From an uncultured Methanoregulaceae archaeon (lineage in GTDB: Archaea > Halobacteriota > Methanomicrobia > Methanomicrobiales > Methanospirillaceae): a stretch of DNA of 64,000 nt. The notes beneath the pieces were generated by a model that did not search any database, was not told the DNA's origin, and worked only from the letters and a program-made list of their open reading frames with translations. The position numbers and the translations under genes were made by a program. Positions within the stretch are counted from its first letter, which is position 1, and each line of letters begins with the position of its first letter. The stretch is taken from contig CAVTTL010000001.1 in the NCBI GenBank assembly GCA_963737635.1, positions 576,001 to 640,000 on the forward strand, written 5' to 3'. This document shows positions 1 to 10,619 of this stretch, piece after piece.

Positions 1-162
1 CCGATAAACTGCGGTGCATCCGTGGTCGTGGAGAAAGTCATAAGATTTCCCGTATGCGAGAAAATTAACTGAATGTCCCTGCTGTTCCAGATAATGGCCG
101 AGGTGGATACACCGGGAAGAGTGCCCCAACCCTTCACCGCATACGACAAATAATATTTGCAT
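1..162 (-). CDS. Glycosyltransferase (GT-B, MJ1255/GT28-like), N-terminal part, runs off the window
   Basis: Manual translation from ATG at 162: MQILFVVCGEGLGHSSRCIHLGHYLEQQGHSVNF..., with the GxGxGHxxR motif; not in the ORF track. Confidence 0.8.
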   Translation of the reverse strand, partial: MQILFVVCGEGLGHSSRCIHLGHYLEQQGHSVNFLAYGKSYDFLHDHGCTAVYR

Positions 163-523
163 TTTTTGTTCCTCCTCAACGGGAGCCGGCTTCATAGCAC
201 AAGATCCGTGCACTGAACTGTAGCAAATTTAATCTCCCGCCAAATCCTGCCGATAATCTCCGGCATATCTTTCGCAGAAAATGGTGCGTTGTTATCGATT
301 AAGATGGTTGCCTTCGCGGTAAGGGGCTAATTCAGTTAACAGTCAACGAAAGTGCTCGAACGCTCCGGCCGGTTCAAAAGAACCGTGGTTATCGGGATCG
401 TTCCTCGCTCTGTGTTCTGGTAGGCCAAGAAGTATCATCATAGGTATTACATGGTGCGTCTGAACAGGCCGCCGGCGCACATAAATAGAGAAATAACACA
501 GAATAACCAAGTACTACTACCCG

Positions 524-1811
524 ATGACCATGAGAGATCCGAAGACAAACCGGGGCATCTCTGAGATTGCGGCTGAGATCCTGATCATCATCCTCGTAAT
601 CCTGATTGCCTCAATTGCCTATACTGCTTTTACCGGCGCACTCAATCCCTTGTTCACCAAAAAGAGCGTCTATGTTGGGGGAAGTGCCGGTATAGATACT
701 CTCCCTCAGCCCGGGGGCATTGCAGATGATGTACTGACGTTCCTGCCAAAAGCAGGAGATCCCTTCTATTTGACCGGGCAGACCTCTGGGGCGACTGGCA
801 CTCAGGTCACCCTGAAAGCGATCGGCCCTACAGGGCAGGTGCTATACCCGGATGCGAGCACCTTAAACGGGACACTGTACGGCAAAACGCTCTATATCTA
901 CCCGAATAATACACCGTCATCCACGCAATGCAATTACGCAATATCCCAGAATCCCCCGACCGGGACGCTCCGGCCCATGACCCTTGGCACCTGGACCATC
1001 CAGATGATCGACCAGAACGTGCATGTCATTGCAGGATCCTATACAGAGCGGGTGAAGAACGGTGCCACATCCCTGCCGGTAGCAGGTGGGTTTCTTGGCA
1101 ACGGGACCGGCCAATTCTATGATGTAAACTGTAATCCCGTTACCGAAAGTGTCAACGGTAACCTTGCCACCACGGCAACCGGGCCCGGGAATATGAGTAC
1201 CACTTATTTTAATGGCCAATCATCTATCACAATCCCGGACTCAACCGGATTGAACTTTACCGGGGATATGTCCATCTCCATGTGGTTCGACCCAAGTGAG
1301 GCTATCGCTAATACGTGGGGGGATGCGAGTGGTACTGGCTGGCAACAGCTTATCGGGAAAGGTGTAACCAACAGCGCCGGGAGCAGCTCATCCAATGAGA
1401 ACGACAATTACCAGATTTTCCAACTGGGAAACAGGTTATTATTTGAATGGAACGACGCTGTCACCGGTCAGCATTACCAAGCGATTACCACCACAACTCC
1501 TATTCAGGCAAACCAGTGGAATTACGTGACCGCTACCGTTTCCGGTGGCCAGCTGGCAATTTACGATGATGGTGTCTCCCAGCCCCTTGCTTATGATAAC
1601 AGCAATGTACCCTATAGTAACCCAGTGACCGGATCAGTGACGGTAAAGCTCGAGAACAACAATAACAATGTAAATGTAGGTGAGCAGAACTACGTATCGA
1701 ATCCAAGCGACGCATTCTACTATAATGGGTATATAGGATCTGTCTGCGCTTTACAACCGGGCCCTCACCTCACAGGAAATCGCTAATAATTACGCCGGCG
1801 ATACGGCATAG
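524..1811 (+). CDS. Archaeal type IV pilin-like protein with C-terminal LamG/concanavalin-like domain; +1 frameshift near 1745
   Basis: Class III signal peptide (NRG/ISEIAAEILII...), Thr/Gly/Asn-rich body, LamG-like motifs (SISMWF, WNYVTAT, IYDDG, YNGYIG); removing one base at ~1745 restores the typical ending VALYNRALTSQEI...*, stop at 1809-1811. Confidence 0.75.
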
Positions 1812-1899
1812 TGGAAACAATTTCCTTTTTAAGCAGCATTTCCGATCAAGAGGAAACATACCGGAAAACAGATATTACCGGGGATTCCTATTCTGACCT

Positions 1900-2169
1900 A
1901 TGGATGTCACCCAATTCATCACTATTTTCATCATCCTTTTTGAGTGCGCGATTGCGGTGCTCGCAATACTGATCGCGACCCGGCACAACAGGGGATACGG
2001 CTGGCTTATTGCCATAGCATTTTCGCTTTTTGCTCTTTTCGACGCAGTTCGCATCTTTTATCCGTCCGGGTTTCCCCGTTTGAATTCGGTCATCCTGCTT
2101 GTCGCTTGTGCATCGATGCTTTATGCAGTCTGGTTGCTTTATGCAGATACCGGGAAAAGCGGTGGATGA
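1900..2169 (+). CDS. Small three-TM membrane protein
   Basis: 89 aa, three hydrophobic segments; similar to 31811..32074 (YGWxxAxAFxLF). Confidence 0.65.
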   Translation: MDVTQFITIFIILFECAIAVLAILIATRHNRGYGWLIAIAFSLFALFDAVRIFYPSGFPRLNSVILLVACASMLYAVWLLYADTGKSGG

Positions 2170-2387
2170 GGGGAATCTGCTCAGTAAAGGAGCGTTGCAT
2201 TTCCGTACTGGCGGTCTGCAGGATTACAGATTGTATTCTTTTACTTTACATAAGGATTCACTAAAAAATCGCCTGGTGTTATAGATTTTCCGGGAGGATC
2301 CGTATTTTCGGGCCAGTAAATGTTAACCTACGACGGTCAATGGGCGGCATAAAAACGACACAAGAAAGCATTACTACTAAAAGGAGA

Positions 2388-2461
2388 TGGGCCCGCTGAG
2401 ATTCGAACTCAGGACCTCCGCCATGTCAAGGCGACGTCATAGCCAACTAGACCACGAGCCC
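2388..2461 (-). tRNA. tRNA-Val(GAC)
   Basis: Reverse complement GGGCTCGTGGTCTAGTTGGCTATGACGTCGCCTTGACATGGCGGAGGTCCTGAGTTCGAATCTCAGCGGGCCCA folds as a cloverleaf, anticodon GAC. Confidence 0.95.
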
Positions 2462-2604
2462 GCGTCGGTCTGATGCTCTATAACATCTGTCATCCTATTA
2501 TTAAAAAATAGTGTACCCATACCTGAAATATACACAAAAGGCATTCGAGCCGGTTATTTCAGTTAATTTATCATGCCGTATCCTAAAGAGACAATGTATA
2601 TTTT

Positions 2605-2949
2605 ATGACCGAAGGGACAACACCGGCAACAAACCAGCTCTTTACCTATGTACACGATGCAGGTCGTCTTGAGCTGCTCATCCGCATCGTCTATTGGTTC
2701 CTGATTGGGATCGTGGCATTCGTCTACAGTATTCTCGCCACAATCTGTCTGATCATCCAATGGTTCCATATCCTGATTTTCGGCAGGAGGCATCAAGGAC
2801 TCTCGGACTTCGCAAAGGGTTATCTTGAGTACCTGGTTCACGTGATGGAATATACGTACATCATGAGTGACAGACGGCCAAATATTCTGCCGGTGTCGGT
2901 CAGGATATATGAAGAAGAAGTGCAAAACCCAAATCAGCTAGTGAAATAA
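2605..2949 (+). CDS. DUF4389-like membrane protein
   Basis: RLELLIR...QWFHILIFGRR...Y...Y..SDRRP pattern. Confidence 0.7.
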   Translation: MTEGTTPATNQLFTYVHDAGRLELLIRIVYWFLIGIVAFVYSILATICLIIQWFHILIFGRRHQGLSDFAKGYLEYLVHVMEYTYIMSDRRPNILPVSVRIYEEEVQNPNQLVK

Positions 2950-3056
2950 GGGATTCTTCTCTCTTTTTTTTCATACAGTGCATGCATTGCTCTAACGAAG
3001 CTTGACATGCACATAATATTGTGCAAAAAGATACATTCGGTAAAAGATGAGAGAGA

Positions 3057-4661
3057 TTAGATCTTCTTTGATGATATTCTGGCAAACGTCGCGGAGAAGA
3101 TGCCTGGCATCGAGCGGATCTCTTTTATTACATCTATAGGTACTTCGCTGTCCACGTTAAGAACCATGAGCGCCTCTTCTCCAGGATTGATCCGGCCGAC
3201 CTGCATACCGGCAATATTGATGTTGCACTTCCCAAGAATCGTGGACGCCCTGCCGATTACGCCCGGCTTGTCGAGGTGCCGGGAGACAATGACATATCCC
3301 TCCGGGATCAGATCCATTGTATACCGGTCCACTGATACGATCCTGCTGCGACCCTTCACAAAAACCGTCCCACAGACCGTCTCTTCAGTCTTGTCAGTTT
3401 TTACCCGGATGGTGATGAGGTTTTTAAATCCGTGAGCCTCTTCAGTCACGGTCTCGCTCATAGAGATACCGCGCTCCTTTGCGACAAACTCAGCGTTAAC
3501 GATATTGACCGGTGTCTGGAGGATCGGGTCAAGCAGTCCCTTCAATACGAGCCTCGTCACAAACTTCATGCTTCCGGCATAAGCGGAAAGCTCGCCGCCA
3601 TAGATGCACTCGACCGAAGCAAGCCGGCCTTCGACAGTCTGGATCGCAAAACGCCCCATTTTTTCGGCGAGCTCGGCAAACGGCTCAAGTATTTCGGCAT
3701 GCTCTGTTGGTACAATTGGTGCATTCACGACATACTTTGCAGAACCGCCACTGAGAACCTCAATACACTGTTTTGCCACCGAGATCGCCACATTCTTCTG
3801 CGCTTCGACGGTACTCGCACCCAGGTGAGGTGTTACAATTACGTTGTCAAGAGTAAGGAGAGGGGACTCAAGTGGCGGCTCGGCCTCAAAGACATCGAGC
3901 GCTGCCCCGGCAACTTTACCACATTTAATTGCATCACAGAGCGCGGACTCATCGATGATTCCTCCTCGGGCGCAGTTGATGATCCGCACGCCATCCTTCA
4001 TCGTCGCAATGCTCTTGGCGTTGATGACATGTTTTGTCTCCTTGATCAAGGGGGTGTGCACGGTAATTACGTCAGCGACAGTAAAAAGTTCATCAAGCGA
4101 CATGACCTTCACACCGAGCTGGGATGCCCGCTCCTTGGAGATGAACGGGTCATAGGCAACACACTTCATATCCATCGCGTTTGCCCGCTTTGCAACTTCC
4201 CGTCCGATCCGGCCAAAACCCACGATGCCCAGCGTCTTCTCGTTGAGCTCCACACCCATGAACTTCGAGCGCTTCCATTCCTTCTTTTTCAGGCTCGCAT
4301 TGGCCTGAGGGATGTTGCGTGCAAGCGAGAGCATCATCGCCATCGTGTGCTCGGTCGCTGCAAGAGTGTTTCCCTCGGGTGCATTTGCTACGATGACACC
4401 CTGACGGGTTGCCGCATCCACATCAACATTGTCTACGCCGACACCGGCACGACCGATAAACCTGAGCTTTTTCCCGGCTCCAATCACCTTTGCGGTGACC
4501 TCGGTACCGCTCCGCACAATCAGGGCATCATACTCCCCGATAATCCCGCAGAGCTCATCCTCCTTGAGATCCGTTTTGACATCTACCAAGCAGGCCTCTT
4601 TGAGGATTGCAAGCCCTTCTTCCGCCAGCGGATCGCTGACGAGTACTCTCGCGTTTGCCAT
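3057..4661 (-). CDS. serA: D-3-phosphoglycerate dehydrogenase
   Basis: IGRAGVGVDNVD, GFGRIG Rossmann motif, TPHLGAST, C-terminal ASB and ACT domains; start set at MANARVLV. Confidence 0.95.
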   Translation of the reverse strand: MANARVLVSDPLAEEGLAILKEACLVDVKTDLKEDELCGIIGEYDALIVRSGTEVTAKVIGAGKKLRFIGRAGVGVDNVDVDAATRQGVIVANAPEGNTLAATEHTMAMMLSLARNIPQANASLKKKEWKRSKFMGVELNEKTLGIVGFGRIGREVAKRANAMDMKCVAYDPFISKERASQLGVKVMSLDELFTVADVITVHTPLIKETKHVINAKSIATMKDGVRIINCARGGIIDESALCDAIKCGKVAGAALDVFEAEPPLESPLLTLDNVIVTPHLGASTVEAQKNVAISVAKQCIEVLSGGSAKYVVNAPIVPTEHAEILEPFAELAEKMGRFAIQTVEGRLASVECIYGGELSAYAGSMKFVTRLVLKGLLDPILQTPVNIVNAEFVAKERGISMSETVTEEAHGFKNLITIRVKTDKTEETVCGTVFVKGRSRIVSVDRYTMDLIPEGYVIVSRHLDKPGVIGRASTILGKCNINIAGMQVGRINPGEEALMVLNVDSEVPIDVIKEIRSMPGIFSATFARISSKKI

Positions 4662-4798
4662 AAAACCCATACAATATCTGCACAATACCTAATCAGGATT
4701 ATTCTTGGTTCCGGTAAAAGATCGCTTGAGGGAACACCGGGAGGCTTAAGGATGATCATAATTAAAAAGAGAAAGGTGAGATCATAAGTGGTGTGAGC

Positions 4799-7087
4799 AT
4801 GAAAGATGTGCCCAATATTCTATGGCTCGAAGAGATCAGAAAGGAGGATATCGCATCAGTTGGCGGTAAGGGTGCGTCCCTTGGCGAGATGGCTTCGATT
4901 GGTCTTCCGGTGCCCCCGGCGTTCGTTGTTACTGCCCAGGCGTTCCGGAGATTTCTTGTCGAAACCGGCCTCGACCAGAAGATCTTCAAAGTGTCTGAAA
5001 ATATCGATGTAGAGAATAATGCGGTTCTTGAGAAAACTGCCGATACTATAAAAACGCTGGTTACAAAGGCCGAGATGCCTATGGCAATAGCGGCTGACAT
5101 TAAAGCATCGTACAAGAAGATGGCACAAAAGGACCTGATTGTTGCAGTTCGATCGAGTGCCACAGCAGAAGACCTTCCCGATGCAAGTTTTGCCGGCCAG
5201 CAGGAGACCTACCTCAATATTAAAGGTGAGGCCGCGCTTCTTTCAGCGGTCCAGAACTGCTGGGCCTCACTCTATGGGGCACGGGCGATCTACTACCGGG
5301 CAAAACAGGGATTTGAGGAACAGACGGTCAATATCGCTGTGGTGGTCCAGCAGCTGGTGCATTCGGAAAAAGCCGGGGTCATGTTCACCTCTCACCCAAT
5401 CAGCGGGGAATCGCTCACCATTATCGAAGGGTCGTGGGGGCTTGGCGAAGCTGTTGTATCCGGTTCGGTTTCACCGGATCACTACGTTTTTGACCAGCGA
5501 ACGGAGTCTATCGGGGAAAAGACAATCGCAAATAAGAAAGTCGAGATCATTCCCGACGGCTCTCATGGCACGAAACTGGTTGCAGTTGATTCGGTACGGC
5601 AGGATGTGCAGGTCCTCTCTGAAGGAGAGATTACCAAGCTGGCGATGTACGGCAAGATCGCCGAGAACCATTATGGAATACCGCAGGATGTCGAATGGGG
5701 TATTGTCGCCGGGTCGATATACATTCTCCAGTCCCGGCCAATAACTACGATAGGAAAGAAAGAGGCAAAAGGCATGTCAGGGCAGAACAAGGATGCAAAG
5801 ATTCTTTTGAAAGGTCAGGGAGCAGCCCCGGGTACAGCGACCGGGAAGGTGGTCATCATCCGGGATGTAAAGGACACAGGTACGGTAAAAGAGGGTGATA
5901 TCCTTGTCACCCGTATGACTAACCCTGATATGGTACCGGCGATGAGAAAGGTTGCCGCCATTGTAACCGATGAAGGCGGAATGACGTGTCATGCGGCCAT
6001 CGTAAGCAGGGAACTGGGCACCCCCGCTGTCGTCGGGACAAAGACTGGAACACAACAGCTGGTAAACGGTCAGCTTGTCACCGTAGATGGCGAGATGGGC
6101 GTTGTATATGAAGGTGCTGTCACATCCTTAACACAAGCCAAGGCAGGCGCAGCCGTACCGGTGGTGCAAGCCGGTAGCGCACCGATTATTACGGCAACAA
6201 GCGTGAAAGTGAACGTCTCGATTCCCGAGGCGGCAGCCAGGGCAGCTGCAACAGGCGCTGACGGCGTCGGTCTGCTCCGGATAGAGCATTTGATCCTCGG
6301 GCTCAATAAGACGCCCGGCTGGTTCATCTCAAACCACAAAGAAGAGGAGTTTGTAAAGGAGCTTTACGACGGTATAAAAATTGTTCTCGATGCATTCCCG
6401 GGAAAAACAGTCTGGGTCCGGACGCTTGATGCCCCAACCGATGAATTCCGGAACATGCAGGGTGGAGAGCATGAGCCCCACGAACACAACCCAATGCTTG
6501 GCTGGCGTGGCATTAGACGGGATCTCCAGAGCTTCGACCAGTTCAGGCTTCAGGTTGAGGCGTTTAAACGCCTCTGGAAAGCCGGTTACGAAAATCTCGG
6601 CGTCATGTTCCCAATGGTCTCCCATCCTGACCAATTCATAAAGGCAAAGGAAATGATGAGAGGCTGGGGAATCGATGTGGAGAACGTGACCCTCGGGATC
6701 ATGATCGAGATCCCGGCAAGCGCCATTATGATCGAGGACTTCTTAAAGGCCGGTATTAAGTTCGCTTCATTTGGGACAAACGATCTCATCCAATACACGA
6801 TCGCTATAGACCGGAACAACGAAAATGTCGCCGACATGTACAATCCCCAGCATCCGGCGGTTCTCACTCTTATCCACAATGCAATCCAGCAGTGCCGTGC
6901 TTATGGTGTCGAGTGCTCGATCTGCGGGCAGGCGGGATCAGATCCTAAAATGGCGATCTGGCTTGTGGAACATGGGATAACCAGTATCTCTGCAAACATC
7001 GATGCCATTGCAAAGATCAGGGAAGCGGTCGCAAAGACCGAGAAACGCATCATCCTTGAAGCTGCGAGAACCCGCGATGCTGAGTAA
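4799..7087 (+). CDS. ppsA: Phosphoenolpyruvate synthase
   Basis: VGGKGASLGEM, VRSSATAEDLPDASFAGQQETY, TCHAAIVSRE phospho-His motif, FGTNDL. Confidence 0.95.
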   Translation: MKDVPNILWLEEIRKEDIASVGGKGASLGEMASIGLPVPPAFVVTAQAFRRFLVETGLDQKIFKVSENIDVENNAVLEKTADTIKTLVTKAEMPMAIAADIKASYKKMAQKDLIVAVRSSATAEDLPDASFAGQQETYLNIKGEAALLSAVQNCWASLYGARAIYYRAKQGFEEQTVNIAVVVQQLVHSEKAGVMFTSHPISGESLTIIEGSWGLGEAVVSGSVSPDHYVFDQRTESIGEKTIANKKVEIIPDGSHGTKLVAVDSVRQDVQVLSEGEITKLAMYGKIAENHYGIPQDVEWGIVAGSIYILQSRPITTIGKKEAKGMSGQNKDAKILLKGQGAAPGTATGKVVIIRDVKDTGTVKEGDILVTRMTNPDMVPAMRKVAAIVTDEGGMTCHAAIVSRELGTPAVVGTKTGTQQLVNGQLVTVDGEMGVVYEGAVTSLTQAKAGAAVPVVQAGSAPIITATSVKVNVSIPEAAARAAATGADGVGLLRIEHLILGLNKTPGWFISNHKEEEFVKELYDGIKIVLDAFPGKTVWVRTLDAPTDEFRNMQGGEHEPHEHNPMLGWRGIRRDLQSFDQFRLQVEAFKRLWKAGYENLGVMFPMVSHPDQFIKAKEMMRGWGIDVENVTLGIMIEIPASAIMIEDFLKAGIKFASFGTNDLIQYTIAIDRNNENVADMYNPQHPAVLTLIHNAIQQCRAYGVECSICGQAGSDPKMAIWLVEHGITSISANIDAIAKIREAVAKTEKRIILEAARTRDAE

Positions 7088-8174
7088 AGGGCTCACAGAA
7101 GAAGATATCTTCTCTTTTTTATCCTCTAAAAAGAAGGAGGACATCGATCACCGGTTTATCTTAAGCTCCATGTGTACGCTCCCGCACCCGGTCGCTATAA
7201 AGGCTCACTGCATGTTCATAGAGACGAACCTTGGCGACCCCGGCCTTTTTCCTGGGACGGCGTCCTTGGAACGCCTGCTCATCGAACGTTTCGGCGCGCT
7301 CCTTCACCACCGGGAAGCTGGCGGGTACGCAACCTCGGGAGGTACCGAGTCCAACATTCAGGCGCTGCGACTCACAAAGGTAATTCGGCAAACCAAGAAA
7401 CCGAACATCGTCATTCCCGAATCGGCGCATTTTTCGTTTAAGAAAGCCTGTGATATCCTCTGTCTTGAGATGCGTACAGTCAGATCAGGTCCTGATCGCA
7501 GGATGGTGGCAGACGCGGCCGCCGAACTGGTGGACAAAAATACGATCTGCATTGTTGGCGTAGCGGGGACTACCGAGTACGGAATGGTTGACCCGATTGC
7601 GGATCTTGCAAAGATAGCATGCCAGCACGACGTTTTTCTGCATGTGGATGCGGCATTTGGAGGAATGGTGATCCCGTTCCTGGAAAAACCTATACCTTTT
7701 GATTTCGCTCTGCCCGGAGTGACCACCATTGCCGTCGATCCGCATAAAATGGGCATGAGTACGATTCCAGCCGGCATCCTCCTCACCCGGGAAACCGACA
7801 TGCTCGATGCACTTAATATCGATACTCCATACCTCACAGTGAAAAAGGAGTTTACTCTTGCAGGTACCCGGCCTGGGGCTCCGGTGGCAGGAGCCATTGC
7901 CGTCCTCGATTATCTCGGTAACGAGGGTATGAAGGCAGTTGTTGCAGGCTGCATGAAGAACACGAAACGCCTCATCGCGGGTATGGCGACCCTGGGCATC
8001 GAGCCGGTGGTCACCCCGGACGTCAATGTTGCGACCTTTCTCTGCAAAAATGCTCCTCCGCCCTGGAAGGTCTCGTGGACCCGGAACGGCCACCTGCGTA
8101 TTGTCTGCATGCCGCACGTGCAGCGCGACGACATAGAGGCGTTTTTGAAGGATTTTGGTGATATGAATGCTTGA
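7077..8174 (+). CDS. mfnA: L-tyrosine/L-aspartate decarboxylase (PLP-dependent, methanofuran/CoA pathways)
   Basis: ILSSMCTLPHP, NLGDPGLFPG, TSGGTESN, HVDAAFGG, VDPHKMG; start MLSKG overlaps the ppsA stop. Confidence 0.9.
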   Translation: MLSKGLTEEDIFSFLSSKKKEDIDHRFILSSMCTLPHPVAIKAHCMFIETNLGDPGLFPGTASLERLLIERFGALLHHREAGGYATSGGTESNIQALRLTKVIRQTKKPNIVIPESAHFSFKKACDILCLEMRTVRSGPDRRMVADAAAELVDKNTICIVGVAGTTEYGMVDPIADLAKIACQHDVFLHVDAAFGGMVIPFLEKPIPFDFALPGVTTIAVDPHKMGMSTIPAGILLTRETDMLDALNIDTPYLTVKKEFTLAGTRPGAPVAGAIAVLDYLGNEGMKAVVAGCMKNTKRLIAGMATLGIEPVVTPDVNVATFLCKNAPPPWKVSWTRNGHLRIVCMPHVQRDDIEAFLKDFGDMNA

Positions 8175-8716
8175 CAAGCTGGTAGAATCCCTGGAGACCT
8201 GTCCAATGGTGAAGCGGGGCGAGTATAACTATTTCATCCACCCCATCACTGACGGCGTACCGCTTATTGAACCTGCTCTGCTCCGCGATGTGTGCACCGC
8301 GATGATAAAGGTGCTCGATTTAAACGGCATTGATAAAATCGTTGTCGTTGAGGCGATGGGTATCCATATCGGTGCTGTGCTCTCGGTAATGACTGATATC
8401 CCTATCACTGTCATGCGCAAGCGAGAGTAACAGCTTCCCTATGAAGTACCGGTCCATCAGAAGACCGGCTGATTCGAAGGGGGAACTCTACCTGAATGGT
8501 GTCTACAAAGGTGATCGCGTAGTAATCATTGATGATGTTGTAAGCACCGGGGGTACGATGCGGGCGCTCCTCTCCGCTCTCGAGATTGCGGGTGCTGATG
8601 TGAAGGACGTCTGTATTGCGATCCAGCGAGGAGACCCTGATATCGGAAGGCCGTTCAAGTCACTCGTGAAGATCAATGTCACTGATAGGGTGCATGTAGT
8701 TGAGCGATATATCTGA
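8167..8716 (+). CDS. hpt: Hypoxanthine/guanine phosphoribosyltransferase; in-frame TAA at 8428 and a frameshift near 8470 (likely sequencing errors)
   Basis: [22 protein letters not shown] and the PRPP motif [12 protein letters not shown], split over two ORFs. Confidence 0.85.
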
Positions 8717-9646
8717 CCTGATCCGGACCTTGAAACTGAGCGGGGCTCGTACAGTGGCCCTCCAATTTCCCGAGGGGCTCAAACGGCAGGCGGCCGCTAT
8801 CTCCTCAGACCTGAAAACAGCAGGGTTCGATGTTATCATCAGCGGCGACCCATGCTATGGGGCCTGCGACCTTGCGCTTGACACCGTGACAGAAGGCAAG
8901 GCGGACGTGCTCGTGCATTTCGGGCACGCCCCCGTGCATGAACGCCCAGATGTCATCTTCGAACCGTGGACGGTCGATTTCGACGTATCAATTCTCGTGC
9001 AGGCCCTTCCTCTGCTCCGGGAAAAGACCGTTGGCCTCGTAACCACGGTTCAACACGCCCATCTTGTACCAAAAATGGAAGCATTTCTTACGTCACACGG
9101 TCACGAAGTACGGGTTGCCGAAGGCGCCTGCGGACACCACTCCGGGGGCAGGTGCTCGGGTGCAGTTTTGCCGCCGCAAAAGCGACCGACGCCCGTGAGA
9201 TCCTCTTTGTCGGGACCGGTGTTTTCCACCCGACTGGAATCGCCCTCTCGACAAAGGCCCGGGTGATCGCGCTTGATCCGCTCACCGGAACCGCGCAGGA
9301 AGTCAGCGCCGATTCACTCCTCCGCCGGTGATTCGCTGTCATGGAAAAAGCCCGGGGTGCCAAGCGCATCGGTATCATCCTCAGCACCAAGAACGGACAG
9401 CAGCGCCGGGCGCTCGCCGAGCGACTTGCAAAACTCGTACCCGGGGGGGTCATTATCACGATGAGAGAGGTGAATCCTGACGAACTGCTTAACCTCGGCT
9501 TTGACTGTTACGTGAACACCGCATGTCCCCGCCTTGCCTACGACGACCAAGTACGGTTTGGAAAACCTGTCCTCTCGCCACAGGAATTCGAAGTCCTCTG
9601 CGGTGTCAGGGAGTGGGACAATTACATGATCGACGAGATCGTATGA
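8700..9646 (+). CDS. dph2: Diphthamide biosynthesis enzyme Dph2; frameshift near 9125 and in-frame TGA at 9329
   Basis: [23 protein letters not shown] and NTACPRL motifs (three Cys ligands) spread across three ORF fragments. Confidence 0.85.
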
Positions 9647-10266
9647 AGCTCAGGCATCTGGAGATGGCGCTACAGCGCTGCGCCGGGTTTGAAAGACCCC
9701 GGGCATTATGGGAACAGTACCAGACGCCAGCCCCCCTTGCAGCCCGGCTTCTTTATGATGCGTTTTTAAACGAGGATATCGAGAAAAAGGCCGTCATAGA
9801 TCTGGGTTGTGGCACCGGGATCCTTGCAATAGGCGCTGCCCTCCTTGGCGCCCGGTCGGTTAAGGCCGTTGACACCGATCCGGACGCCATCAGAATCGCA
9901 GAAAAAAATGCAGTACTGCTCGGAGTCGACGTGGCGTTTATAGCTGGAGATTTGAGTGAGACGAACGCCACAAGCGTTCTTGCACAAAAGGTTGGTCCAT
10001 GCGATACCGTGGTCATGAATCCGCCTTTTGGCGCGCAGAAGGTTCACGCCGATCGGCCATTTATTGATTGCGCTCTTGCGACTGCCCCGGTTACGTACGG
10101 CATCTTCAACGCCGGCTCTACTCCTTTTGTAGAGGCTTATATCTCAGGGACGGCACAAATTACCGGACGGGTCTGCGGCACCTTTCCTATCAAACGGTCG
10201 TTTGCCTTTCACACAAAAGATGTACAGGATATAAGAGTCGAAATCCTCAGAATTAGACATAAGTGA
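9643..10266 (+). CDS. METTL5-family SAM-dependent RNA methyltransferase
   Basis: EQYQTPA, DLGCGTG, MNPPFG, F.FH motifs. Confidence 0.85.
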   Translation: MKLRHLEMALQRCAGFERPRALWEQYQTPAPLAARLLYDAFLNEDIEKKAVIDLGCGTGILAIGAALLGARSVKAVDTDPDAIRIAEKNAVLLGVDVAFIAGDLSETNATSVLAQKVGPCDTVVMNPPFGAQKVHADRPFIDCALATAPVTYGIFNAGSTPFVEAYISGTAQITGRVCGTFPIKRSFAFHTKDVQDIRVEILRIRHK

Positions 10267-10365
10267 CTGCGTACTTGAAAGAATAAGGGAGACAGCCCTT
10301 GTACGGACGTTTAAGGCAACACCCTTATATGATGTCATTCAGAAGATATATCGGAAGATCTGATT

Positions 10366-10545
10366 ATGGATAAGACGGGAATCGCTGCACTGGTTGTCGG
10401 TATTGTACTTCTGGTAATCGGGGGTTATGCAATCATAGAGTTCCTGCCCGACGTTATCGTGGCTGTTAAAGGCTTGATCGGCATTGTGGTTCTCCTCGCC
10501 GGCTTGATGTTCATTATTTTTGGGATCCTTATCTTCAAGGAATAA
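10366..10545 (+). CDS. Small two-TM membrane protein (59 aa)
   Basis: Manual translation MDKTGIAALVVGIVLLVIGGYAIIEFLPDVIVAVKGLIGIVVLLAGLMFIIFGILIFKE; TATA-like CTTATAT ~40 nt upstream; below the ORF-track cut-off. Confidence 0.7.
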   Translation: MDKTGIAALVVGIVLLVIGGYAIIEFLPDVIVAVKGLIGIVVLLAGLMFIIFGILIFKE

Positions 10546-10619
10546 AATATCCTCAACATTTTTTCAAAAATGGATGTGGCGCCGGTTATAAGATCACAGT
10601 GGACCGGTCAAAAAGCACA

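Noticed and set aside
2388-2461. tRNA-Val as an integration site for an island
   Set aside because: No integrase and no duplicated tRNA 3' end seen in the window.
3432-4787. Long antisense ORFs (451 aa here; also 28012..29043, 29289..30518, 46462..47433, 58696..59868)
   Set aside because: They are shadows on the opposite strand of well-supported genes and carry no motifs.
9329-9331. In-frame TGA in dph2 as selenocysteine or readthrough
   Set aside because: It sits in RR*FA, where Arg is expected rather than Cys; the gene has another lesion and the window has many read errors.
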